A program made the position numbers and the translations under genes. Positions 16,702 to 28,410 of a DNA stretch of 64,000 nt are shown one piece after another (the stretch's first letter is position 1; each line of letters starts with the position of its first letter). The DNA is from Guillardia theta CCMP2712. Lineage: Eukaryota > Protista > Cryptophyta. The notes beneath the pieces were generated by a model, which did not search any database, was not told where the DNA came from, and saw nothing but the letters and a program-made list of their open reading frames with translations. The stretch spans positions 12,933-76,932 of the forward strand of contig NW_005434531.1 of assembly GCF_000315625.1 (NCBI RefSeq), given 5' to 3'.

Positions 16702-17795
16702 AAAGAAGGATGTGGGTGCGAGTGTGAGCATATCATAGGGGGGAGAGAGAAAGAAGAGATGTATCAGTGTGCCAGCATATCCTAAGACAGTTCGTCTGCT
16801 GCCGCTAGGGCAGTGTGCGTTGCCATGCAAATTTCAACCACAATTGCATGGAGGGTGGGGGTACTATATACTGGGGTGGGGGTAGCAATTCTGATCAAGT
16901 CCACCGTGCTCATACCCTTCAGCAGCAAGAGTGTATGGATAAGGTAGGGTTAAAATGTGAGGGTAGGGGTGATATTGTGATCCTAGTACAGGTGGGGTGA
17001 TCATATAGGGGGTTGATGACCTATGAAATGTATTTAAAGACAGGGGGTAGGGTAGTACAGCCCTACTACTTGGTAGAAGTTTTCAATTGCTGGGTTGATT
17101 CACGGTTACAAAAACCGTTTCATTTGATACACCTCTTTCACTACCCCACCCCTCTTTCTGTTGCCCCCATTGATCTACACCTACCCCCTCATTTCAAGCA
17201 CCCTCTGCCCATATTAAAAAAGTGAAGATCGGAGTACCGGCACATACAACTTTAAAATACCCACCCCTGGGGTATCAAATCCCTGCGGAGAACTACCCCC
17301 CACCCCCCAGGACCCACCCCAGCATCAACCCTCCCCACCCCTTTGACGAAAGAGTAACCCCCCCCCTCTGGTTCACCTTCCCATGTGCGATTCTCATGCT
17401 AGAGTGCACAGACATGAAGTCGGCAGGAAGAGAGGGAGGAAAGACACAAAGAGGTGCAAGAAGACACGATGATATGACAATGATACATCAGCTAGACCAA
17501 ACAGCAACTTGACCAACAGAATCATCTACATCATCGTCCCTCACACGGGAAATATTTGTGGAGTTACCACAAATGTTCCGCAAACCCTGGTCTATGCATC
17601 ACGACCAACCAGACTACGTGCAACGTGTCCATATTATATGAAATCACTATTTACGTAGACTTGGAATCGTACCTCATTGAAATAGTGAAACTACTTTTGT
17701 GGAGAGAATACTTCCCAGTGATTGTGTAGAGCAGTCCGATAACCATTGATTTTCCGATAAGACATATAAGGGCACTTTTAACTCCATATGCAGTT

Positions 17796-18403
17796 ATGTC
17801 TCGTCGCTTGCTTCCTATCGCGGTATCAGCTTCTGTAGGAGCAGGGGCTTTCTACTTATGGTTGGACATTCTTGAATCGACGGGTTGTAGCGGAGTAATC
17901 AATTTGCCTCTAGGAAATCAAGGGAGAAGATGGAGCATGGATTCAGCTACGTTGGATACGATCCAACCAGTGACAAGGCGATCATTCAGTTTGGAAATGA
18001 AGCCAATGCTCGTCTTGTCCCTGCTCACGACCTTCTCAAGACCTCCGGTCAGGGCGAGTCCAATCACTGGTTCGCTCAGCTCCTCCATGCGAGGAGGGCT
18101 CCATCGACCGGGAACAGCGGGCAAAAACTAAGGCGAGTGACGTTTCCATTATTCGAACATTGCTGACATCACTCGGACACTACTGACATTGGTCCAGCCA
18201 TACTTCCTTCAGCTATGTCGGCTACGATCCCAAGAGTGACAAGGCAATCGTGCAGTACTCGGACGAATCGTCGGCTAGACTGGTGAGGTCAACTCTATGC
18301 GATAAGCTGCTGATGATAACGGCAGGTCCCTGCAGTGGATGTTGTATCATGCGGTGAATTTCCGCAGCTAGAGACTGCACGGAGAAGTGCTGGATTCATG
18401 TAA
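17796..18403 (+). CDS. Small N-terminally anchored protein with two copies of an unrecognised ~30-aa domain, 4 exons
   Basis: Spliced product MSRRLLPIAVSASVGAGAFYLW|KSREKMEHGFSYVGYDPTSDKAIIQFGNEANARLVPAHDLL...SFSYVGYDPKSDKAIVQYSDESSARL|VPAVDVV...AGFM*. Confidence 0.75.
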
Positions 18404-18419
18404 ATCAACTTCAACAAGA

Positions 18420-19828
18420 GTGTGCTCGCGCTCGATCTGTTTGTCGAGAATGTAAATCTACAAAAAAAGTTGCTCCATGACAACCACGATGAATGAACCA
18501 ATTCCGATGCTGTGACTGAGTCATCATGTATTATTTTCAGTGTGCCATCAAGTTGTGACAAAATCCTGCTTGCATATGAGTGGTTTTGGGTATCACATCA
18601 TTGGAGTTCACCGCTCGACATGAGGTACTTCTTGTCAGCTTTGCACGATATCAGCGCCTGCCATTGCATGAGAGAAGAAGGGGTAGAGAACCAAGTTCCT
18701 ACATCATCATACGAGACGCAAGGAGCGCCACTGCAATCTATGAAAGGCAAGTCAGACGCCCCTTCGTCACGCTACTGTGATACCCTGAGATCTTCCTGGT
18801 ACTCGAGCAGAGAGTTCGCTGTCGGTCAAGAACGAGAATCTTGGATTTCACTCAGTCGAAGAACTTGGAGATTGAGAATGCTTACGTCATCTTTGTCATC
18901 TCCTGATAATACAAGGACGTACAGCACCCTCCGCCTGATAGTGTCTCGAGGATTTTCTGGTTCGCCGTCCTGAAGTAGAGAGATGATCAGTCTCAGCGAG
19001 CCGTAAGAGAGACATGCACTCACTTGCAATTATCAGGACACGTTTCGACCTTCGAGGTCAGGGGATGGATTCGCTGCTGCAAGAAATTCTCTCTTTGTGC
19101 TCGAGATGCGGAGTGGGAGTTCACCTGGTTGTCGAAGCATGCAGACCTCGGGAAGATGGAAAGTGCGGGGTCCGTCCTGATTTGATGCCTGTCATCATCG
19201 AATCAGGCGAGAGTTTTGACGCGCGTGAGCTCAACATGGTGCTGATGCAGAAAGATTCTGGTTTGACTTCTGCTGTGCTGTGGGAATCGACTTCATAATA
19301 GCGGTAGGGCAGCACCTGCACTGCAACCCTTCGCAAAAATGACAAATCCACTTCGTTGACTGTAGACCCAGATGTAAGTCTCGAGAAGTGACATGTCTGT
19401 TTACCATTGCGATCATCGGTGCAGGCAAAATCTCGTGCTACCCAGTCTGCTTGAATGTTTGCAAAACATGAATCAATTTGCGGGGCGTCGCTGGAAAGTG
19501 ACTTGTAAAAGAGGTCTTTCGCCAAAGTTCCAAAATCGTTTGACTGCAAGGTATTTGCTAGTCCAACTCTGCTTGTTATATTGTGAAGTTTAATGATCTT
19601 GGCTGCACAGGCTGAATTACTCGACATCCTGCGTTTCCAAACTTTCAGGCACCAAGGATTTGAAAGCTAAAATTCTTACTCGTTGCACAGCCTTTGACAT
19701 TCATCTTTCTTCCCACCGTCGGGGAGCAGATTTACATTGGAATTGCATTGTCCATATTGATCTAAAAAGTTTTGAGCAAGTGCGGCGTTCAAGCAAAGGA
19801 AGATGCTGAGGATTGCAAGACTTGGCAT
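18420..19828 (-). CDS. Secreted Cys-containing protein of unknown function, multi-exon; 3' end approximate
   Basis: MPSLAILSIFLCLNAALA|QNF signal peptide; downstream exon-sized ORFs (19121-19627 etc.) bounded by GT/AG. Confidence 0.6.
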
Positions 19829-20356
19829 GTCGCAGAAATGCTTGTAAGAAATTTTCCTGCTGTTTAAGGCATTTAGTGAGTGATGAATGCTCATATCATC
19901 TTCTCCTCTGCTTTAGACATCTTGAAGGACATCACAGCTAACTCGATATCACATATCATTTCGTTTGCTTGAATATCAGTGCTACAGCAAGCAACGCTGC
20001 ACCTTTCTGACCCTGCATTTCCTCATTCCTACCTTTCCTCTTTTCTCTCCATTCCTCTGCCCCCAACGCTATCCCTCCTCTCTCTAGCTCCTCCCTTCAT
20101 CTCTTCGCGCTCGCCGCAACCCCTGAAGCACATTCCTCAATGCCTCTAGACGCATACTCCTCTGTTGTCAACCGCCGATCAGTTCCGATCATCAGTGTAA
20201 ATATTACACTTTGAATTCACTTCTGTGATTTCAAATTTGAACCTCAATTTTTAACCTGGGCCGTTGTCATACCAACATCAGTCCCCGCACAACGGTTTGA
20301 CTGGCTGTAACCGTACGGTACTTGACAGCCGTTTCAAAACTGAACACTGACTCTGA

Positions 20357-20434
20357 ACTGATTTTTAACTTAACTTTGAGTAAAGACTCTGAGGGAGAAA
20401 AAGACTTTACTCAAAAGTTAAGTTAAAGAACAGT
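20357..20434. mobile_element. Miniature inverted-repeat element (29/30-bp arms, 19-bp spacer) sharing termini with the 49803-53594 element
   Basis: ACTGATTTTTAACTTAACTTTGAGTAAAG (20357-20385) and CTTTACTCAAAAGTTAAGTTAAAGAACAGT (20405-20434) are near reverse complements; 20357-20384 is identical to 49816-49843. Confidence 0.55.
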
Positions 20435-21312
20435 ACGAGAAAAAAAGACATCCGCCCCCAGTGTGCTCGGAGTGAATGATCAGGGCCGGACCCGGCCGGG
20501 CCCCGGAAGTCTCGGAAGTTTTAACTTGACACGCCGAACTCACAGGTGCCTCGAAGTTTTTGAACTTGTTCGAAAGTCCCTTCAGGTTCAATATGGGGTG
20601 GTTTGAGGGGAATACATGGGGGTGGGGGTGGTTCTGTTTCGAAATGGCGTGCGTGCGTGCGTGCGTGCAAGAGAGGAGAGGGAGGGAGGGAGGGAGGGAG
20701 GGAGGGAGGGAGGGGGGAGGGAGGGGACGGGAGGGGAGGGACGGAGGGACGGAGGGAGCGAGGGGAGGCGGAGGGGAGGCGGANNNNNNNNNNNNNNNNN
20801 NNNNNNNNNNNNNNNNNNNNNNNNNNNNNNNNNNNNNNNNNNNNNNNNNNNNNNNNNNNNNNNNNNNNNNNNNNNNNNNNNNNGGGATAGGAGAGGAGTA
20901 GTCGTCTTAAGCTCTTCCGAGAGATTCTACGTGGTATCAGATAGATAAGATTCAGTTTAGGCCAGCAGTCTTTGTCCTGAAGCAGAGTGTCTGCCGATGT
21001 CGCCTCGCTAGTATGAACGGCGGTCCCCCTATGCTTATGAGTGAGGTTCCGATGCCTAGAGGGAGCGAGGGAGCGGGGGAGGGAGGGAGGGAGGGAGCGA
21101 AGGTAGAACGAGATAGGAGAGGAGACAATCATGGAGCACGGAGAAAGAAAGAAGCAAGGCGATATCATATACTTCCGTCCATCCTTGCTCGTTGATTCCC
21201 ACCAATCCTTTGTCTTCCTCCAAGGATCTGACATGATCAGTCACAGATTTATGGATTGAAGAGCTCCGGGCTCTTTACAAGTGCTGATGCTGGGTACCAA
21301 CTGCTTGCTCGT

Positions 21313-24300
21313 CAGATTTGCCTTCTTCTTCTCAGTCTTGTCCGTGACAAGTTCTGACTTCCTCTCCGAGTTGAGTCTTTCCTCTCACTGCGAACCCGTC
21401 TCAAAATCAACAATACCAATCTCTTTGCCCACCAAACCCTCTGCTACAAGTCACCTCTCTCCTGTGCGAAACGAGCAGGACAAGCAACAAGAGCAAGTTC
21501 CGCTCTCTGCTCTCCACGAGGCAGTGGCTGATTTGAGCTGGCGGACTCCGCTTCCACATGGCAGCCGGAGCTCAGCTCGTCATGTCGAAACGTTCTCGCA
21601 GAAATTGCGGCAAGCTTACGATGAGAACCTGAACATGCGGAACGAGATCCTCGGGCTGCGCAATGTGCTAGAACAACAAGCCCAGTCCCTGTCAAAGTTC
21701 AAGAGCGCGATGGAGAACGCGGTAGAGGAGAGGAGTGGGGAGTTGGGGGGAGGGAAGGGGGGGGGTGGGGCAGGAAAGAAGGAGGGGATGGGAGGAGGGC
21801 GAAGGAGGGAGGGTAACCACAGGTCTTTAGGTGAAAGAAAGGGAGAAACACAGCGAGATGATCATGAAGAGAAACAAGAAGTTGAAGAAGAAGGTGAGGA
21901 ACTGATGAGGACAGCGGAGTTGATGAAGATAGTGATGATGCCGGATTTCTTCCAGGTCTCTTCACAAGAATCTGAGATCGAACATCTGAGAGAGTAAGTC
22001 ACGTCCACCTTCCTTCTTCTTCACCCCCCGCTCCCCTCCTGCCCTCCTTGATCCCCCTCTTATCTTCATCGCCCTCGGGACCTTGCACCACTACCATCCC
22101 TCCTCCTCCACCACCACATCCTCCTCCTCCTCCTCCTCCTCTCAACCTCCCCCTCCTTCCTCTCTTCGTCTTCCTCGTCCTTATCCTCTTGCTCGTCCTC
22201 TAACTCGTCCTCCTCTTCCTCCCTTCACCTTCTCCTCTTCCCTCTCATCCTCCTGGCAGGACTCTCCGTCACCATGTTGACTCCATGGGATCGCTCGGGC
22301 TGCAGCTGCAGGAGGTGAAGACTGGTCGGGAAGGCTCAGGTTTGACTTGCTTCAGGTCTGTCAGCGTCGCGATGAAGGGGAGCAAGAAAAAAGTCAACTC
22401 ATGAGCCAAGTTGACGGCTGGCGGTCTCTTTGTTCCGCTGCCCTCCTGTGCTCTTGACATGGTCTTGTCGTTCAAGCAGGAAAGCTTCTTCCTTCTTTCT
22501 CTTCCGATCTCTTTGCGTGCAGGAGGCGATCACAACCTGCGTGAAGATGTTGTTTCTCAGCTCCTTCCTTCTCCACACCTTCGTGTGGATGAACCCCGCT
22601 GTGATCACCAGGAGAGAGGAAGCGTCTACTCCTCCTCCTCCTTCGCTTCAGCTGCAAGAGGTTGAGAGGACGGTCCCCTGAGAGTAGCTGAGCGAGAGCA
22701 GGTGGAGAGCTTGAGGAGGGAACGAGATCGTCTCCTACATGCTCTTGCCATCGCAGAGAGCGGGTGGGAGAGAGTACCTCCTCTGCTCACTATGACCACC
22801 CCTTCCTCCTCCTCCTCTGGTCTTCTCTTCGTCCTCCCTCCACTCTACTCGTCCCAGCTTGTTTACCCTCATTTTGCAGGATCAAAGTAGCCAACGAGGA
22901 GAAGCTGAGCTTGAGGACTGTCAACGATCGGCTGGTGCGAAGGACTTTGACTCCCTTCCTGCATCAACACTCCGACTCTCCCTTCCTGTCCTTCCTGTCC
23001 TCCCTCAACCTCTCCTCTCCTCCTTTCCTCTGCTCCCTCCTCACTTCTCCCTCCCCTCGCTTCCTCCCTTTCATGCCTGGGCCCTCAGGTGACCGAGCGG
23101 AAGGCTCTCAACGCGGAGAGAAGGAAGCTGCAGATTCAGCTGCAGGAGCTGCGAGGAAACATCCGCATCCTCTTGCGCGTCCGCCCGCTCCTCCCATGTG
23201 AGCGCGAGGAACGGGGGGATCAAGAGGCTAACGAGCCTCCCAGCTGAAGTCCACCTGGGCCATCGCAACGCCCTCCGCCTGCTGGGCCCCATGGCACCGA
23301 CCGGGTTCGGCGTAGAGATCAACATACCCTCCACGAGGACGTCGGTAGCCGCCATGCAGGCAAGCGAGAGGAGGAGGAAGGGGCTTGAGGAGAAGGGAAG
23401 CAGGGGGAGGGGGAGGGATGGAGGTGGAAGGATGCAGGAGAAGGGAGGAAGGAGGAGGCAAGGTGACTGCCGTGGTGCTCGTCTTGATTTAGATGCAGGG
23501 GAGAGCAACGGGAGGAGAGAAGGAGACGAAGAAGTTTGTCTTCGACAACGTTCTCGATGCAGATGCCAAGCAGGTGAAATGCTCCCTCCCTCCCTCCCTC
23601 CCTCCCTCNNNNNNNNNNNNNNNNNNNNNNNNNNNNNNNNNNNNNNNNNNNNNNNNNNNNNNNNNNNNNNNNNNNNNNNNNNNNNNNNNNNNNNNNNNNN
23701 NNNNNNNNCCCCGCCCTGTCGTGACTTCCTCCCTCATTTCCTTTCCCTTGTCCTTGTTCGCATTCACATGCTCGTCAGTCGGAAGTCTTTGAAGAAGTTT
23801 CGAACCTCATCGAGGCTGTGCTGGAAGGTTACAAGGTAGACCTCCCTCCCTCCCTCCCTCCCTCTCACTCTTTCTCTCTTTGCTCCAGGTCTGCATCTTT
23901 GCCTATGGTCAGACTGGCTCGGGCAAGACCTACACCATGGAGGGTCCGGTCGCTGCAGCAGGAGAAGCGGCAGAGCTGGAGGAGGAGCGAGGCATTATCC
24001 CCCGAGCCGTCGAGAAAATCTTCGAGGAAGCGACGGCAAGGAAGGAAATGGGCTGGGAATACAAGTAGATGAACTCCTCCTCTCCTCTCTCCTCTCTCCT
24101 CTCTCCTCTCTTCTCCTCCTCTCCCTCCCCCTCCCTCTTCTCTGACGGCTGAGCAGCATTCAAGTCTCCCACGTCGAGATCTACAACGAGGCTTTCCGCG
24201 ACCTTCTCGATAATCGCTACGGGTTTGACAAGCAGGTGCTCCTTTCCCTCCCCCCTCCCTCTCCCTCCTCCTTCACTCATTTCTCCCCCATCTTCATCCT

Positions 24301-25563
24301 CGTCTACAATCACCACTTGCTCCTCTCCCCTCCCCCTCTCCTCCCCCTTCCCCTTCACTTCTTCTCATCGTTTCCCTTGCTCTTCCTCACTTGTCTCAGA
24401 TGGAGATCAAGAACGATGCGGTCGGTCAGCCCTTCGTCTCCAACCTCATCACCATGCAAGTTCTCGATGCCAAGGTCGCTCCTCCTCATGCCATCACATT
24501 CTACGCTGTCTCCTCCTCCTTGCTCTCGTCCTCCTCCATGCTCCTCTGTCTTCGATTCCCCTTTTTCCTCTATCTCTTGTCTCCCTCCAGTCCTTCTCCC
24601 CCTCTCCTCCACCCTCAACGCTCCTTCTTGCTCATCCCAGCTCAGGTCGTGTACAACCTCCTGAGGAGGGCAAACAGAGCGCGAGCGACAGCAGCGACGG
24701 AAGGGAACGAGCGTTCCTCTCGCAGTCACGCCATCTTCACCATGCGTGTCAAGGGAACCAATTCCGCCACACAGCAGGCAAGCTCTCCCTCCCTCCACTC
24801 GTCCTCCTTGCTCCTCCCTTCCTCCCTTGCTCCTCATCTCCTCGCAGGAGTGCGAGGGCGTCCTCAACCTCGTCGATCTCGCTGGGGCTGAGCGCTACAG
24901 CACTGCCATCCCACCACAAGCTGCCGCGTCCAGGCAGAAGGAGACCCAGAACATCAACCGAAGCCTTTGCTGGTCCTGCGGCTCCCCCCCTCCCCTCCCC
25001 TCCCCTCCCCTCCTCTCCTCTCCTCCTCCCACCTCTTCCCTTCCTCTCTTCTTCCTCCTCTCGCTTCTCTTCGTCACCCGACCCTTTGTCTCTGCTCTTG
25101 CATCTCCTCCTTCTCCGCCTCTCTCCCCAGCTGACCTCCTGCTAGTCTCGGGGATGTCATCTGCGCTCTGGCGGGCCGGGAGTCACACGTCCCCTACCGG
25201 AACTCGAAGCTCACGCACCTCCTGCAGCCCTACCTTGGCGGAAACGCCAAAACCCTGATGGTTCTCATCCTCTTCCTCCTCCCCCTTCACTCCCATCCTT
25301 CTCCTTCGCTCCCTTCTCCTCATTCCCTCCCTCTCCCTCCTCCCCTCTTCTCGTTCCTCACTTCATCCCCTTCCCTTTCCTCTGCTCTCTCCTTTCTCCT
25401 TCTAACTTCTCTCCTGACACTGAACTCTCGTTAGGTCGTCAACGTCTCGCCGACTGAGAGCAGCGTGCAAGAGACCGTCAGGTCCGCCAGGTTCGCCGCG
25501 CGAGTCAGCGCGTGCGACATCGGCGTCGCCCAGCGAACGTCCAAGTTTGCTGGCTCATGTTGA
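21313..25563 (+). CDS. Kinesin-14 family (C-terminal motor, KIFC1/Kar3/Ncd-like), multi-exon; further 5' exons probably at ~20900-21280
   Basis: Coiled coil, then neck [23 protein letters not shown]; [18 protein letters not shown] (P-loop), [24 protein letters not shown] (switch I), [11 protein letters not shown] (switch II), [46 protein letters not shown]; stop 25561-25563. Confidence 0.93.
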
Positions 25564-25606
25564 CAATGTCTGTACCTGTAACCAATAAAATGTACTCTAG
25601 CGCTTG

Positions 25607-27530
25607 TCAAACCTCTGCTTCCCTCCTGTACGCGTATCGCAGCACAGGGTCAAAGTTGGAAGCTGCAAACTTGAGGTCAACAGAGATGGCAGGAGACTGG
25701 CAGGGAGGGAGGAGAGAGTTGCGGAGGAAGTGAGTTGTGAAGGAGGAGGGGAGAGGTGGGGGAGCAGGGGAGAGAGGAGAGCAGGGGCAGCGAGGGGGAG
25801 TGGGAGGAGAGGAGGATTAGAAGAAGCGAGAGAGTTTATGCACCTCTAGGCCACAAGTCACGCCGGATCTCCCGCAGAGTCGTGTCGTCTCGCAGGGGGA
25901 GACCGCGGCAGAAGATGAGCTGAGAGAGGGAGTGAGGGATCGAGTCAACGGCTAGTCAATGTTCACGTACGATTCTCTTCCTGTCAAGATGACTTCCCAG
26001 CTTCAGCATGATGTGTTTTTTTATGTGCCAAACTCTGACAGACATGGTTGTCAGAACGCAGGCGGGTCAAAAGGGCCGACGAAAATCACTTCGTCTCAGG
26101 GGCTGACTGGATCTGCGGGGTCAGAATGATTCCAATGTCCACTAGCTTGTTCCTGAGCTCTGAATCGACATCGCACCCCCTGTCAAGAGGTCATGAGTCG
26201 TCAAAGTAAGCTGAGGGGATACATACAAGTCCAGCGGGCAAAGGGTGAAATGAATCTTGACATCTCTTAGATCGTCTAATTGAGACTCTCTGGTGGTGAA
26301 AGTCAACCAGGAGGCATCTTGCTTGCAACAAGACAGTTGGGTGCCTGTTGCTTGTCAGCTGGAGGGTGCGGACGTGAATCGCTTCTCGCTGTAGCTTCTT
26401 CTTCTCCCTCATGCGCTCCTGTCAAGTCGCCGTCATCGGTGACCGTCCGCCCTCCAACAGACGCACTTCCTCGTTGATCTGCCAGCATCCTGCGAGCAAA
26501 GTTATGTGACATCACAACGACTCGGCCCACTCACCTTCTCTCTCCTCCTCCACCTCAGCGGTTGCTTCCTCCGAGCTGCTAAGAAATCATGTGCGAAGTG
26601 CCAAAGACAAACCATGCCTGTGAAGCTGATCTCTTGCTCTAGTCGCATTCTGATGTCTTTTGGCAGTTCTCTTCTCCTTGCGAAGCTCTTGGTGGGTTTG
26701 TTGGAGGATGATCAAACTCTCGCTCAAGTCAGCGATCTCCTGCAGAAGTCTTGGTCGTCCTGCTTCTTCCACTGCATCGATCTGCGATTCTAGTTTGGCC
26801 AGCTTGTTCTTGATGCTCTTTTGCTCATTCATGTTCGCTTTCTCTTTCTCAAGGATCTTTGCGAGGTCAGGGGAGGCAGCTTTGACAGCACAGCCTACAC
26901 ACTGTCAGCGTCAGGTCAAGTCCGAGCATCCGCTACTTGTAGTCTTGTCGGCCGACTTGAGCTGATGCTGGAGAGACATTGCGAACATGTGATCAGCAGC
27001 GGCAAGCTTCGACTTCCTCATCCTCGACAGCGACTCTGGTGGTATTTCCGTCGGCTCAGCTCGTGCTTGGTCAATGGCTGGTGCCGAGAAACGTTAGACC
27101 AGGCCGCCTCCTCTACTGCTCACGTTGCGGCCACGTACGCCGAGCATAGGGGGCCCTCGGCTGAGGCGGGGCGACTCTCTTTCCTCGCCCTCGACTTCTG
27201 ATGGTCAACCTCGGCTTGGACAAGTCAGACTCACTCACTCCTGGTGCTGCTGCCTACCTTGGATCTTCGGCGTCGCATGGGCTTCCCTGCCTGCTTCAAG
27301 ACTCACCAGGGCTCAGTGACAGGACGGAATGAACCTGCGGTGCCCTGCAGCTTGAGACTTCCACGGGTTCCGGCCGGTCCTCCATCTCCTCGATGCCGTC
27401 CTAGAGCACCAGTCACTGCACCTACTGGTCTACTTGCCCTTACAAAGTTCTCTTCGTCGGCATCAACCGGCATGGCAGCGGCACCTTCACCAGCAAGCGA
27501 CCAAGTCAGTCCCATGATGGGCTTCATCAC
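25607..27530 (-). CDS. Hypothetical coiled-coil protein, multi-exon
   Basis: ATG at 27530, successive GT/AG-bounded exons including NEQKSIKNKLAKLESQIDAVEEAGRPRLLQ; last exon ends ...YAYRREAEV*. Confidence 0.6.
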
Positions 27531-28410
27531 TCTTGAATCTTTCCTTCCCGCTTCCCTCCATCGCTCCTCCCTAAGAGCGCCGTGTATTCAAGTAGTCGTC
27601 ACGGCGTGGCATTCTGGTGCTAGGCTCCCCTTCCTCTCCCCTTCTTCTGTCTCATCTACCTCTTCCCTTCCTCTCCCCTTCCTCTCCTCTCCCTCTGTCC
27701 CTCTGTCCCTCTGTCCCTCTGTCACTCCCTCCCTCCCTCTCCCCCTCCCTCTCCCCCTCCCTCCCTCTCTCCCTCCCCCCCGCCTCCTTCCACTATACTT
27801 CGTCGCCTTTCCGGCCTGTCACAGTCGTCTGATCGCCGACTACCCCTACCCCCGATGAGTACATCGTGGATATTGCTACCGGTACTAGAAAACCCCACCC
27901 CCCGAAATTTCCTGAAAGTACCCCACCTGGTACTAGATGGAGTTTGACCGGGGTTTGATGGTTCAAGTTAAATCGAATCAATTATCGATTTGAATCAATT
28001 AAATCTATTGAAATTGGAGAAGAGTAAATCGAATAAACCCCAATATCCTTCGATTGAAATCGAGCTGAACCGGAAGCGGGGCTGCCATGCCGGGCAAGGC
28101 GAGCAAGGCAGAGGGAAGGGTCAGAGGAGGAGTCAGAGGAGGAGGAGCACAAAGCCAAGGAGCCAAGGACTGAACATCTTCTCAACAATCTTGGACGCTC
28201 GGAACGATCTTACCTCTGATCACACTCTACTGTTCACTTGCTAACTGGTCAATCCGGTGTCAGTTTGGGGCATCTCGTGTATCTCGAAGCAAGATCAGCA
28301 AGTAGTCAGAAAAGGTTCTGGGAATCAGAGAGATTGTGAGCAGAGGATCAGCAGAAGCTTCTAAGACGGGATGGAAAGAGCATCATAACCACCGGGGTCT
28401 CCAGCAACGT

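Noticed and set aside
16820-16833. X-box-like GTTGCCATGCAAAT
   Set aside because: Imperfect single match; RFX factors are not expected in this lineage.
20521-21234. Minus-strand ORF starting like a WW domain (DWWESTSKDGRKY)
   Set aside because: The second half of the WW motif is missing, the ORF runs through low-complexity DNA and a gap, and the plus strand probably holds upstream kinesin exons.
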